Source of the DNA: Azolla caroliniana
Taxonomy: Eukaryota; Plantae; Polypodiophyta
Direction: 5' to 3'
Assembly (NCBI GenBank): GCA_043228905.1
Contig: JBHGNT010000004.1
Coordinates: 1,860,001 to 1,924,000 of the forward strand
DNA length: 64,000 nt
The notes below the pieces were generated by a model, which saw only the letters and a list, made by a program, of their open reading frames with translations, did no database searches and was not told where the DNA came from. Shown here one piece after another: positions 52,517 to 64,000 of this stretch; positions within the stretch are counted from its first letter, which is position 1, and every line of letters begins with the position of its first letter. Position numbers and translations under genes: made by a program.

Positions 52517-54994
52517 ATGGGTTTTCCAAACAATTGGATACGGGGAGTTTCAGCATTATATCGTAATGCACATAGTTCGGTTTTATTTGCAGGGGATATT
52601 GGTAGGCGTTTCTCTATTTCAAGATCAGTAAGACAAGGATGTCCACTTGCTCCTTTTTTGTTTTTATTAGTATCTGAAGCGTTTTCTGTATATTTAAATT
52701 CTCAGCAGGTTAATATAAAAGGTCTAGCATTGCCATTTGCAGATGCTAGCGTTGATAGTGAGTTTGCTGATGATACAACTCTTTATATTCACGCCTCACA
52801 ATTTAATTTGGTGCAGGTTCAAAAAGCTGTGGATGACTTCGCAGATGCATCGGGTGCAGTGATCAATTGGGATAAGTCATCAGGTTTTTGGGTGGCTTCG
52901 GGAAACCCTCCAGTTAACGCGCCTAGCGCAGGTTTCTCGTGGATTCCGAAAGGACAGTCCATTAGGTATCTAGGATGTAGAGTAGGGTTAGGAATAAAGG
53001 TAGATGATATGATTGCGCCCTTATTGGTAAGATTAAGAAATAAGCTAATATATTGGAAGAAGGAAAGGTTATCCTTAGCTGGACGTGTAGTTGTTGCTAA
53101 TTCTGTGCTTTTATCATCTGTTTGGTATATAGCCTCTACATGGTTGTTTTCTAGGTCCATTATGCTTAGAGTTCAACGTCTAGTACGGAATTTTATTTGG
53201 GGAAATGATACGGTACACAATACTATAGCAAAGGTAGCTTGGTAGGTTCTTATACAACCCAAACATAAAGGAGGTTTAGGTTTGATTGATCCTTTCATGC
53301 AAAGTAAAGCATTACTTGTTAAACATGTTGTTAGGTGTTTATTGCCTGGACAAGAGTTATGGAAAAAGTTTTGGATGTGTCATTTATATAAATTAAAACC
53401 ATCGGTTGGTGGTAATTGGCGTGATAGTCTTAGATGGTTCTTTAATTCAGATTTTCCGCTGTCTAAATCGACAGTTGGGTCCTTTAGTTTTTTTAATGGC
53501 ATTCTAAGGGCATGGGAAAGTATTCGTCGAGCGCTGGTTTTTTTGCCACCAAAAACATATCATCAATTAATGCGTCAGCCGTTGTTATGGAATCCGTTGT
53601 TTACTGATGAAGCGGCATGTGTCTTAGGTTTACGACCTAGGTTATCTTGGGCTGCAATGGATAACGGACCAGCTCGTACGGTTGCGGATTGGATTGCTTT
53701 CCTGCAGACTTCAGTGCAAGACCAAAAGAGTAGGGTGTCTAATTTCAGAGGGGCAAACATTATGATAACTCAAGTGTCAACGGTGTATCAGGTAACATTA
53801 CCAACTTTGAGTTTTGGTCATTGTTTGAATTGGTATGGTATGTTTTCGAGATTAAATATACTAATAGGAGCTCGTCTGTATACTCAAAATGGTAGCCTTT
53901 ACTTTTATGAAGTTTGCGATAATGGTAGGTTGTTGGTAGTGGAGGAGGAGTCTTCAATTGTGTCTTCTGCCAGGCAGCTGCCAGTGAGAGTAATAGCTAG
54001 GTTGGGAAAAAAGATATTTATAGATCCTAATCCACTAATTGCTAAGTATTCATCTCATATATGGGTTTTAAATTCTAGACCAATTGTTGATTTGCAGTGG
54101 GATCCATTAGATTATGGTTGGAAGTTACCAATGTCTGATAGTACGCAAGAGAAAGTTCTTCCATTTTTTGCATATTCTGTGTCACTGGGTAGGAAGTTTT
54201 TGTTAAATGAGATAGAGTCAATTCCGGCAGGAAAAAAATATTGGGAGGAAGGTAATGTCTCATCTACATATATGTTGAAGTTTTGGAAACACCTTTGGTC
54301 GCTTAAATGTATGAACAAGGTATTGCACTTTCGATGGTTAATGATTCATTATGCATTGCCAGTAGGAGCTTTATTGAGGGGAACAATACCTGATCGATCA
54401 TGTGGTAGGTGTGGCTGGGCATATGAGACATTACATCATGCTTTTTGGGAATGTGTTACGGCCAAATGTTTTTGGGCTCGTATTCTTAGGCTTTTAAGTC
54501 GTAAGTATAGGGCTACTAAATTCACGTGGGGTACAATCTTTTGGGGTACGTTGGATCAAGAAACTGTTTTTTATCATTATCATAATTCATCATTGACTTT
54601 ACAGGTGAAAAGTTTTCAGGTGTACGTTACGAATAGCTCCTTGCAGGGAGTCAAGTTCTTTTCTAGGTGTTATGTTTGGAACTTTATTTCCTCGTTGGCC
54701 TTATGGATTATTTGGAAAGCAAGGTGTTCTAAAATATATAATGATGAAGATACTAATGTTGTGGATCAAGTTAAATCTTTCTGGGAATTATTGGTAAATA
54801 TAGTTAAAGGTGAATATGATAGCTATAAGGGTTGTGGAAATGGGCCTAACCGGAAAAGAAAGCGACTTAGAAGAGTCTGGTCAACCATTCCTATTTTTTT
54901 GGATGCAACAGGGGAAGATGTAAAGTGGAATTATGTTCCACCTCGATGGTTGTTTCCGCCACCAGCGCCATTTATATTGAACACAGCCGTTTAG
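52517..54994 (+). pseudogene. LINE ORF2 (reverse transcriptase plus zf-RVT), partial
   Basis: ORFs 52517-53245 and 53282-54994 are in the same frame, separated by a single TAG. Confidence 0.88.
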
Positions 54995-56100
54995 GATGAG
55001 TGCGTGAGGAAAGTGTAAACTGTTTTTGTGTTGTAAATACAGGTTTTCCACGGACATTGGCAACAAGCTAATCGACGAGAGGGCTCATGTGGAAAGAAGG
55101 AAGAATGTGTACGAGAAAAGGATGGGGTATGGTGGCGGGGTCATAGTCGACAATCGTGAGTGGGTGGGGAATTTTTACACTAATTTTTGTTTTTAATACA
55201 GGTTTTTCGTCAACAGTGCAAGATGTTAATCGGCAAGAGGGCTGACGTGGACTGAATGAAGAATTTCTTGTTTTGTGATAAGGATGAGGGAAGATGGCGG
55301 GGGGGTCGAAGCCGTCTATCATGAGTGAGGAAACTTTGAGATTAACTGTTTTGTTATTGATACAGGTTTTTTCGTGGACATTGGTCATGACGATAATTGG
55401 CTAGACGGTTGATGTGGATTGAACGAAGAAATTTTCTGTGTGAAAGTGATAAGGTTGAGTGAAGATGGTGGGGAGGGTGAAGCCGACTATAACGAGTGGG
55501 TGAGAAAATGTTTACACTAATTTTGTGTTGATCAATACAGGATATGCGTGGACATTGCCACCGTGTTAATTGGTGAGATGGCTGATGTCGACTGTATGAA
55601 GAATTTCTGTGTTAAGGATGAGTGAAGATGGTGGGGAGGGTGAAGTCGACTATAACGAGTGGGTGAGGAAATGTTTACATTAATTTTGTGTTGATCAATA
55701 CAGGATATGCGTGGACATTGCCACCGTGGTATTTGGTGAGATGGGTGATGTCGACTGAATGAAGAATTATTGTGTTAAGGATGAGTGAAGATGGTGGGGA
55801 GGGCCGAAGCCAATGTGCAGGAGTGGGTGAGGACATGTTTTAACCTAAGTTTTTGTTGATTATACAGGATATGCGTGGACATTGGAACCAGGTTAATCGG
55901 TGAGATGGCTGATGTCGACTAAAGGAAGAAATATTTGTGGTGAGGATGAGTGAAGATGGTGGGGAGGGTCGAAGCCAATCATCACGAGTGGGTGAGGAAT
56001 TTTTAGACGGATTTTATTCTTATCACAGATTTTTGGGGTTTTTGGGCAATGACGTTAATCGGAGACATGACTGATGTGGGTTAAATGAAGAATGGTTGTG
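54990..56100 (+). repeat. About 6.5 tandem copies of a ~163-bp unit in the LINE 3' region
   Basis: aggatgagtgaagatggtggggaggg...aatacagg...ggacattg recurs; 55614 to 55777 is 163 bp. Confidence 0.88.
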
Positions 56101-58012
56101 ATGAGATTATGGTCTAATCAATGTATGGTTGTTCTGAGTTGGTAGAGATTATCATGGTTGCTTCAAAGTGACAGGTGCTGCAGGGACTGTTTTGGTGTTG
56201 TGTTTTCAACGGCAACAGCCGAGGAAGGTTCAATCTTGCATGGGAAAAGACAGACAAAAATACAAGAGGTTGGACAGATTTATGAGCTTGGAAAGTCAGC
56301 TTGAAGAAGACTACGGCCAAGAAGTAGCAGATTACCTCAATGGCTTGATTGGAGAGAGCAGTTTTGTATTACCTAAGTGGTACAAAAGGACATTCACAAG
56401 GGAAAATTAAAGGCCAAGGAACGGGAACAGCTATTGGACAACCAGGTGATGGTGAACAACTTTAGTACATGCGGAACCAAATGCAAACATGGAGTTTTTA
56501 GACTACTAGCCATGATTACCACCAAGATATGTATTCACTTGGACCGCAGGAATTTGTTTATAGGTTGAATATGGGTATACTAAAGAGCTTTAGTATATGT
56601 GGAATCACATTCACCCAATGTTGGCTGCAACATGATGTTTTTTAGAGGCCATAACAAATGCCATCATTATTTGGTCCCTTTTTTTACGATATATACTTAT
56701 GGAGTGCAAACTATTATGTACAATTTGTAGATTGCCTTTGGCATTGTTAATTTTAATACCAATGGAGCATATTTTTTATGAAAAAAATATAGTTGATAGA
56801 TATTACCTTTATACCCCATTACAATCTTAGTCTATCTATCTATCTTTATCACCCTACCTCTAAAAGTAGTTCCGTCCTCAATGTGCCCTAGTTGCAGTAT
56901 CAAAGATGAGATGTATGACATATACTTAACATCACCTTGGACATAATGTGTGCACAACTCCCAAGTGCACTAAGGGAGGCTTCACTATGGTTGTTGGCGG
57001 GGAGTAGGTATCAATTTAGATGTTAGAAACTAGAAGTAGTTCTAACAAAGTAAGGTTTGGTCATGGTTTTGATTAATATGGTGGTATGTATTTAGCCTTT
57101 CACGAGCCTAAGACATTTTCACATTCAACATCTCTATTCATACTAGTGATTTAATGCACAAGGCAAAGGATTTCTTAGATCTTGACTAGCATTTCCTCAA
57201 GATGTTTGTCATTGGCTAGTTCCCCATATGTGCTCTTAGAGTGCACATTTTGTGATAGCGCCCCAAATGAGGAGCGGCTAGTGTGTAACTCGACCATATG
57301 GGTCGATAAGGCGTTAATCTAGGAAACCGTAGATGTGTAGAACACAATGTATTTAGGAAAGAGCAAAATAGGTAATAGGATTGGCTAATCAAGTTAACTA
57401 GAATATTTTGTGGGCAAGTTACGATATACTTAGTCTTGAAGTATGTGCCATTGATTTCAAGATAAGTACTATCTAGCACTAGCCTATATCTAGGGAGTTG
57501 GGTCATTAAATGACAAGTCTGTTGACAAAAAAGGAATATCTCCACTACTCTCAACTAACTTGCACATTTAATGTTATACTCAAACCAAACATAGAACACA
57601 ATCCACTTTCTTACACAATGGTTGGATTGATAATCAATCCCCACTAAGAATGTAGTGAGTTGGTCCATATCCTATCTAAGCTCTAAGGTGTGAGCACATG
57701 GGTAAACTACCATTGTGAGCTACTCTCATATATAATAGAAATTTTGTTTTCATATATCCATCTCTATAATTGTAACTCTATATACCTATCTAATCGATTC
57801 TCAATCTTTTTAACAAGTCTCACTAGAGATTAATCTCTATGTTCAAGGTGAGTTCAAGTGCATAGGTTGCCAAAAGTCAAATCTAGTCAACCCTTCCCAA
57901 GGGAGGGATAGGTGAATGTACTAGATCATATCATCGCATGATTCTCATTTAGGTCTATATTTTTAAGATTGTTATTAGTCTTTTTGTGGTTTGGTGGTAT
58001 TGAGGTGGACCG

Positions 58013-58053
<41 letters not shown>

Positions 58054-58569
58054 AACACAAGATTCACCACAAGATAAATTACCACAATGGATTCCTTTAA
58101 CAAAAATCACCAATTCGTTTAACCTCCAGGCTCTAGCACTAGGCGTGCTTCAACCTCCATACTTGGTTAGGATGAGGGAAACATGGGTAGCATGCAGTGC
58201 CTAATGTGGCATTGATCAAGGTCGAAGGTGCAGTTCATTGTCCTTCAAGGGTATTGTCTTTCAATCAAATCATATGAATTAAATTTGAATTTAGAAATGG
58301 TACATAAGTGAATTTTCCATATATGAAGCAACCAAGACACATTCAAGTTCACGTGGTTAATAACTAAAGACCTCATTGTGACAAAGTTGGAAGCAAAACT
58401 ACAAAGAGTTCCCTTTATGTGATGTGGGACACAATGTAAAAGAACATGCAATGATTGAGGATCAAATCCTTTTTGCAACATGAAAGGGACCACAAACACG
58501 ATGAATTATATCCTTTATATGTCACACTCAAAGAGGGTGACTTATTTTTGGTTGATATCCCCATGTCAT

Positions 58570-59087
58570 CGTAATGGCATAGACGACTTGGACACCTCAG
58601 CAAGGCCGACATAACGCACCTATCCAGAGCCGGCTACATCCCCAAACTCTCCTTCTGGGATCACCAATTCTGCGAGCATTGCTAGTACGGCATACAAGTA
58701 GCCACATCACACCCAACATCAACACCAAGAGAATCGAGTCCCCTCGATTTGGTCCACTCGGACGTCTGTGGCCTGATGCCACATCAGTCTCTCGGCGGTG
58801 CTTCGTACTTCGTCAGCTTTACTGACGACTCGAGTCGGAAGGTGTGGGCTTACCCCATCATAACCAAAGATCGGGTGTTCTCGATCTTCTTTGAATGGCT
58901 CGCAATGGTCGAAAATTAGACCGGTCGGAAACTAAAATGTCTCCGAACCGACAATGGAGGACAACCGACAACTAAAATTCGTCAACTTCTCCTGGGAACG
59001 CAGCATTCGACGTGAATATACGGCACCCTATAGTCCGGAGCATAACGGAATTGCTAAATGCATGAATCAGACGATTCAAGAACGCGT
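58570..59087 (+). mobile_element. Copia GAG-pre-integrase/integrase fragment, interrupted by a Gypsy LTR
   Basis: WHRRLGHLS, LDLVHSDVCG, FTDDSSRKVW, LRTDNGG, PEHNGIA, with in-frame stops. Confidence 0.85.
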
Positions 59088-59665
59088 TGTCGTGAAGAAA
59101 ACCGGGCATAGGCGGAATCGGAGAAAAAGGCGCATGAACCGGCTCTTACACGGGTGGGCGCATGAATTGATATTTTGATATTTTGTACATGATTCATAAA
59201 TGGATCGGCTGATGTAAATACTAAGTAGTATACATTTATTGAGGGATTGTGCGTATCTCTGTCGAAAGGGACGGGGAATAAAGCGGTTTAACTAGGGAAA
59301 GGAGGCACTCCCCTTTTTTTGGGGGGGGGGGGAACTATTTAAGGAGAGGGGAGAAGGAGGAAAAATATCGCGCGTTGGCGAGGACGAAGTGCTGCTGCAG
59401 AACCGAGTGCCGAGCTCTCTCTTCTCCTCCTCCGGTCGTCGGTCTCTGTAGGTGTCGGGAGTTCGCTGCCTCTGCTTCGTTGACAACCCGTGTGCTTCAA
59501 GCAGAGGCTCTCCCCCTTTTGGTTCCTGGAGTTGTGTGGCAGTCGTCTTTGTGCGTGAGTAGGACCTCGTGTCGGGCCCATTACCGGGTTGCCGGTTGTA
59601 ACTGTTCGAGTTGTAAGCTATTGAGTTTAGTAATTGGATTCTTAAACTTCTCTCTGTGTATCTGC

Positions 59666-59722
<57 letters not shown>

Positions 59723-60953
59723 TCTCTCTCCTTGGTCCAAGACCCCCGTGGTCCCGCCTCTTTCTACACGCACGCGCGTAACAACGCGACATATTTGGTG
59801 AACCCGACATGAATAGGCGGCAAAGGAGTCGAAAGATGAGGGGATCGGAGCTAGCAGAGGCAATGGCGGTAGCCGTCGACCGGCTGGTAAGCGCTCGCGA
59901 GGGGACAGGTACCCTCGACAGAGCCATCGAATCGATCGTTGGCACTATAGGCCGGTTCGGAGGGAAAGACGCCACAAGTTATTTGGAGGCTTACCGGGAC
60001 GAAATGATCATGAGCGATATCCTGGTGGACAAGCGGCTGTCCGGATTCCCTCGGGTGGTGACGCCGAGCATCCACGTGGAGGTGCTCGAGGTGCTGGCCG
60101 GATGCCAGACTTGGGAGGAGTTCAGGCTGCAGCTCCTCGAGAAGTACGGGTTTGATGACTCGCTTAGGCTGTCGAGCCGGAATTCATGGCGTGGGTGGAA
60201 TGCCCCGGAAAAGGGAGGAACACGTCGGCGCTCCTCCAGGAGTTCGAAAAACGGTTCGCGCGGCTGTCGACGCTGGACCGGACTGTGCTCGAAATGAGTT
60301 GAGTACTACTGTTTGTCAAATCGGTGGACACGCTCGACAGGGAAAAGGTGGGCCCCCTATTGGAAACGGACGAAGGGCTCACGGCAGATTGGGCCGCGGT
60401 AAAACGGGTCTGCAGCCGTTTCGACAAACGGCGCGATTGGAGCAACAGAAGCTCGTCGGGGTCAGGGCCGGTCCCGGGGAGGAGGCTCGAGGAGCCGGTA
60501 TCGGTGCCGGCCGTTAGGAAGGAAGAGACCGGAATCTGGCTAGAGTCGGAGTCGGCATTGAATGACGTGGTCAAAGGCCCATCCGGAGGAGCGGCTCTTG
60601 AGGAGCTGACACAGACGGTGCGCGAATTGCAGATCGCACAGGCCCGAAGAGACAATGGCGAACAACCTCGCGACCAGAGGCCGCCGGCTGGGCAGCGGTG
60701 CATGTGGTGTGACGCGATCGGTCACATTCAGAAGGATTGCGCGGATTTCGCTGACACGCTCAGGACCAACGTGGTGTACCTCTGGAACGGGCGGGTGCAC
60801 GCGAGCGAGACCCGGAGAGCCCTAGAACTAAATACGGGGCGCGGCGGAATGAAGAGGTTGATGGAAGAGGCCGCGGCACGGCACGTTGAAGCCGTTAACT
60901 ACTCAGTGTCGGCGGGAATTCGGGTCGGGGGCGACGAGTCCCGAAAGGTGAAG
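59088..60953 (+). mobile_element. 5' part of a Gypsy element of the TGTCGTGAAG family (LTR, tRNA-Trp PBS, gag)
   Basis: LTR 59088-59791 preceded by GCGT. PBS TGGTGAACCCGACATGAA at 59796 matches the plant tRNA-Trp 3' end as I recall it, with one CpG transition. Gag 59809-60953 has one frameshift and a CMWCDAIGHIQKDC knuckle; it is interrupted by a Copia at 60954. Confidence 0.88.
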
Positions 60954-63900
60954 TGTTGGGATTACGGTCCCTCCGGATGGGATGGTCGGATGTCCGGGAA
61001 TCGGGGATGAAGACCCCGGTTACGGAGCCAGATGATGAAGACCCCGGCTACGGAGCCGGATGATGAAGACCCCGGTTACGGAGACCCCGGTTACGGAGCC
61101 GGATGATGAAGACCCCGGCTACGGAGCCGGATGATGAAGACCCCGGCTACGGAGCCGGATGATGAAGACCCCGGTTACGGAGCCGGATGATGAAGACCCC
61201 GGCTACGGAGCCGGATGACGAATGTACCCGGAGAGAGATCCGGATGCGGGGACATATTTGTGAATATGTTTGCCAAGGGCCCTTGAGGCTATATTTGTAA
61301 ATAGCTCGAAAGTCATATGTGTATAAATATGACTTAGGGCAAACAGTTTTATGTTGTTGCTAATTTTTCTTGTTTTCACTCAGAGGGAGTGAAGAGAGCA
61401 GCCGAGAGAGAGAGAGACGAAGAGGTCGTTGCCTCTGTGTATTATCGCCGCCTGTGGCGAAGACAGTGAGCTCAAGGTTGTTGCCTTGTAGCCTCACCAT
61501 TGTACATCTCTGTTTGTAGTGATAGTTGGAGTTTGAGGACTCCCGTGGTTTTTCCCATTTAGGTCTTTCCACGTAAAACATCCAGTGTACTCTTCTCTCT
61601 ATTGTCTACGTGCATTTTGTATTTCCTGTTTTCTGTGAGTTTATCCTATTCCTCGGTTGTGGCCGAGAACCGTTGTACAACATTTGGTATCAGAGCGACG
61701 GTAACACAGAAAATGGAAGGCGGCAGCAGCGGGCAGCCGGGGATGATGGTGCTGAATGCGCAGAACTACGCCGACTGGAAGATAAAGATGGAGGATCTGC
61801 TCATTGTTCGGGACCTGTATGAACCGATCAACAGGTCGGAAATACCCAAGGGGGTACTTGAGACGGAATGGAGGCTTCTGAATCGGAAAGCCGTTGCAAC
61901 CATTCGGCAATACTTCGACGTGAGCGTTCCACAACACGTGGCGAACGACATCAACGCATATGAGATGTGGCGGAAGTTGTCGGGCCTCTACGAGAGGAAG
62001 AATGCGCTGAACCGGACCTCCCTGATGAGGAAGATAGTGAACCTCAAGTACCGGGACGGCGAGAGTATGGTGGAACACGTAAGCACGTTCATGGGATTCG
62101 TGAACCAGCTTGCGGCGATCAAGTTCCCGTTGGAGGATGCAATGCAAGCCATCATCCTGATGTGTACATTGCCGGAAAGCTGGGAGAACTTGGTGGTGAC
62201 TCTCAGCACCTCCTGCACCGAAGATAACTTGTCCCTACAAACGGTAAAGACAAGTATTTTGAACGAAGAACGCGTCGGAGAGATAAAGAACCGGCCTCCG
62301 ACTCGAAGGCGCTGCTTACCGAATCGGAACGGGGAAGACAACGGAACCGGAGTCCGCAAAGACGGGAGAAGTCGGGGACCCGGTCGCAGTCAAGAGGAAG
62401 GCCCACATGCTTCCACTGTGGGAAGCCGGGGCACTTCCGGAAGAATTGTCGGCATTACCGAAAAGACAACGGAGCCGACGACACCGATTCGAAGAAGTCA
62501 CCGGAGCGAAACGGTGCATACCGGGGAGCCACGGACCGGAGAGGTCCGGATCGGCGAGGGCAGGACCGGAAAGGAACGACGGCACTCGCGGCAAGTGAAG
62601 AAGAGATAATGCTCATTACCGAAGAGAGGGAGCTGAACCTTGCCGTGAAGAGATGACCTGGGTGGTCGATTCCGGAGCGTCGTTCCACCTGACCCCGGAG
62701 AAGAAATACTTCTCATCCTACACAGCCGGTGAGCACGGCTGTGTCCGGATGGGAAATGAAGGTACATGCCGGATTGCCGGCATAGGAGACGTGTGGCTGA
62801 TGACATCAACCGGATGCAAGATGCTGCTTAAGGATGTTCGACACGTTCCGGAGGTTCGATTGAACCTGATTTCGGCCGGGAGGCTAGACGATGAAGGCTA
62901 CACGGGTAGCATCCGGAACGGTGTCATGAAGTTCAGCAAAGGGAGCCTGATAGTGGCTCGGGCCCGGAAGGTCAACACACTGTACCTGATGAATTCCCGG
63001 CTATGTCCGGAGGAGCTGAACGTGGCAGCTGACACTGCCGGTGAGCTGTGGCACAAGAGACTGTGCCACATGAGCGAGAAGGGGATGAAGAGGCTTGCAG
63101 AAGACAACCTTATTCCAGTGAAGTATGTGCATCTGGAGAAGTGCACCGATGCCTGGCCGGTAAGCAGAACCGAGCCTCCTTCCACTCAAGGCCACCGACG
63201 AGACGTAGCGCACCATTGGAGTTGGTGCACACTGACGTGTGTCAAGTAGAAACGAAGTCACATGGCGGAGCCCAGTACTTCGTGACATTCATTGATGACC
63301 ACAGCCGGAAGCTGTGGACGGCACCGTTGAAGACAAAGGACCAAGTGTTGTGTGTCTTCAAAGAACTCCACGCGAGAGTGGAAAGGGAATCCGGCAAGAA
63401 GCTGAAAGTGATACGAGCGGATAACGGAGGGGAATACCGGGGGCAGTTCGCGGAGTACTGTCGCTCGAAGGGAATCCGGCTTGAGTTTACTGTGCCGAAG
63501 ACGCCGGAACTGAACGGGCTGGCCGAGAGGATGAACCGGACCATAATGGAGAGGGTCCGGAGTATGTTGGCGCATGCGAAATTACCCAAGGGGTTTTGGG
63601 TTGAGGCAATGTCAACGGCGACATACGTGATAAACAGATCACCCTCAGTACCTTTGGACGGAGACACGCCGCAGAGAGTGTGGACCGGTAGGGAAGTATC
63701 CTACCGGCATCTGAAGGTGTTCGGGTGTCTCGCATATGTGCATGTGGCAAAGGACCGGAGAGGAAAGTTAGATCCAAAGACCCGGCCATGCATATTCCTC
63801 GGTTACGGCGACAACGAGTTCGGCTACTGAGTATGGGACCCGGTCGACAAGAAGATATTCAGGAGTCGAGATATCATCTTCATGGAGGACAAGACACTCG

Positions 63901-64000
63901 CCGACTGGGAGTCGGAGAAGAAGATGAAGAGCTCCAAGTCGACCGGTGAGGATCAACTCTACGAGGAGCAGTCCCGACCGGCAAGGGACCGGTTAGGACT
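60954..64000 (+). mobile_element. Tnt1/Tork-like Ty1/Copia element, continuing beyond the right edge
   Basis: LTR 60954-61682 (TGTTG...CAACA), PBS TGGTATCAGAGC at 61685, gag from 61713, protease WVVDSGASFH, LWHKRLCHMSEKG, integrase (VHTDVC, FIDDHSRK, IRADNGGEY, NGLAERMN). A few frameshifts and stops. Confidence 0.95.
61004..61220 (+). repeat. 28-bp tandem repeat (7-8 copies) in the U3 region of the Copia LTR
   Basis: gatgatgaagaccccgg(c/t)tacggagccg repeated, with one shortened unit at ~61083. Confidence 0.92.

Larger units (their letters stand above)
52516..56787 (+). mobile_element. 5'-truncated L1/Tx1-type LINE with long 3' region
   Basis: RT motifs RQGCPLAPFLF and EFADD, one in-frame stop at 53243-53245, C-terminal zinc finger CGRCGWAYETLHHAFWEC, stop at 54994, short A-tail at 56781. 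The flanks rejoin to match the empty paralogous site at 33681-33720. Confidence 0.9.

Noticed and set aside
61004-61220. Regular 28-bp repeats resembling a CRISPR array
   Set aside because: Head-to-tail with no unique spacers, inside a plant LTR, no cas genes.

Overview
Land-plant nuclear DNA; the transposon types suggest a seed-free plant such as a fern, but that is inference. Two tandem minus-strand LRR receptor-like kinase genes (165-6069, running off the left edge, and 39913-47658, complete with 20 exons) plus an orphan 5' fragment of a third copy sit among deeply nested retroelements: several Copia elements, three kinds of Gypsy, solo LTRs and a 5'-truncated LINE. Two patterns stand out. 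(1) An Athila/Tat-like Gypsy (16182-28077) and a non-autonomous LTR element with dissimilar LTRs (34834-37390) both lack a polypurine tract next to the 3' LTR. Instead each carries a second, inverted tRNA-Arg 3'-end site within a conserved tRNA T-arm-like hairpin, suggesting tRNA- or tRNA-mimic-primed plus-strand synthesis. (2) A tRNA-Trp-primed Gypsy LTR family has inserted six times, always inside other retroelements and always at a 4-bp CpG-centred target (ACGN/NCGT). All coordinates were read by eye; no database searches were run.
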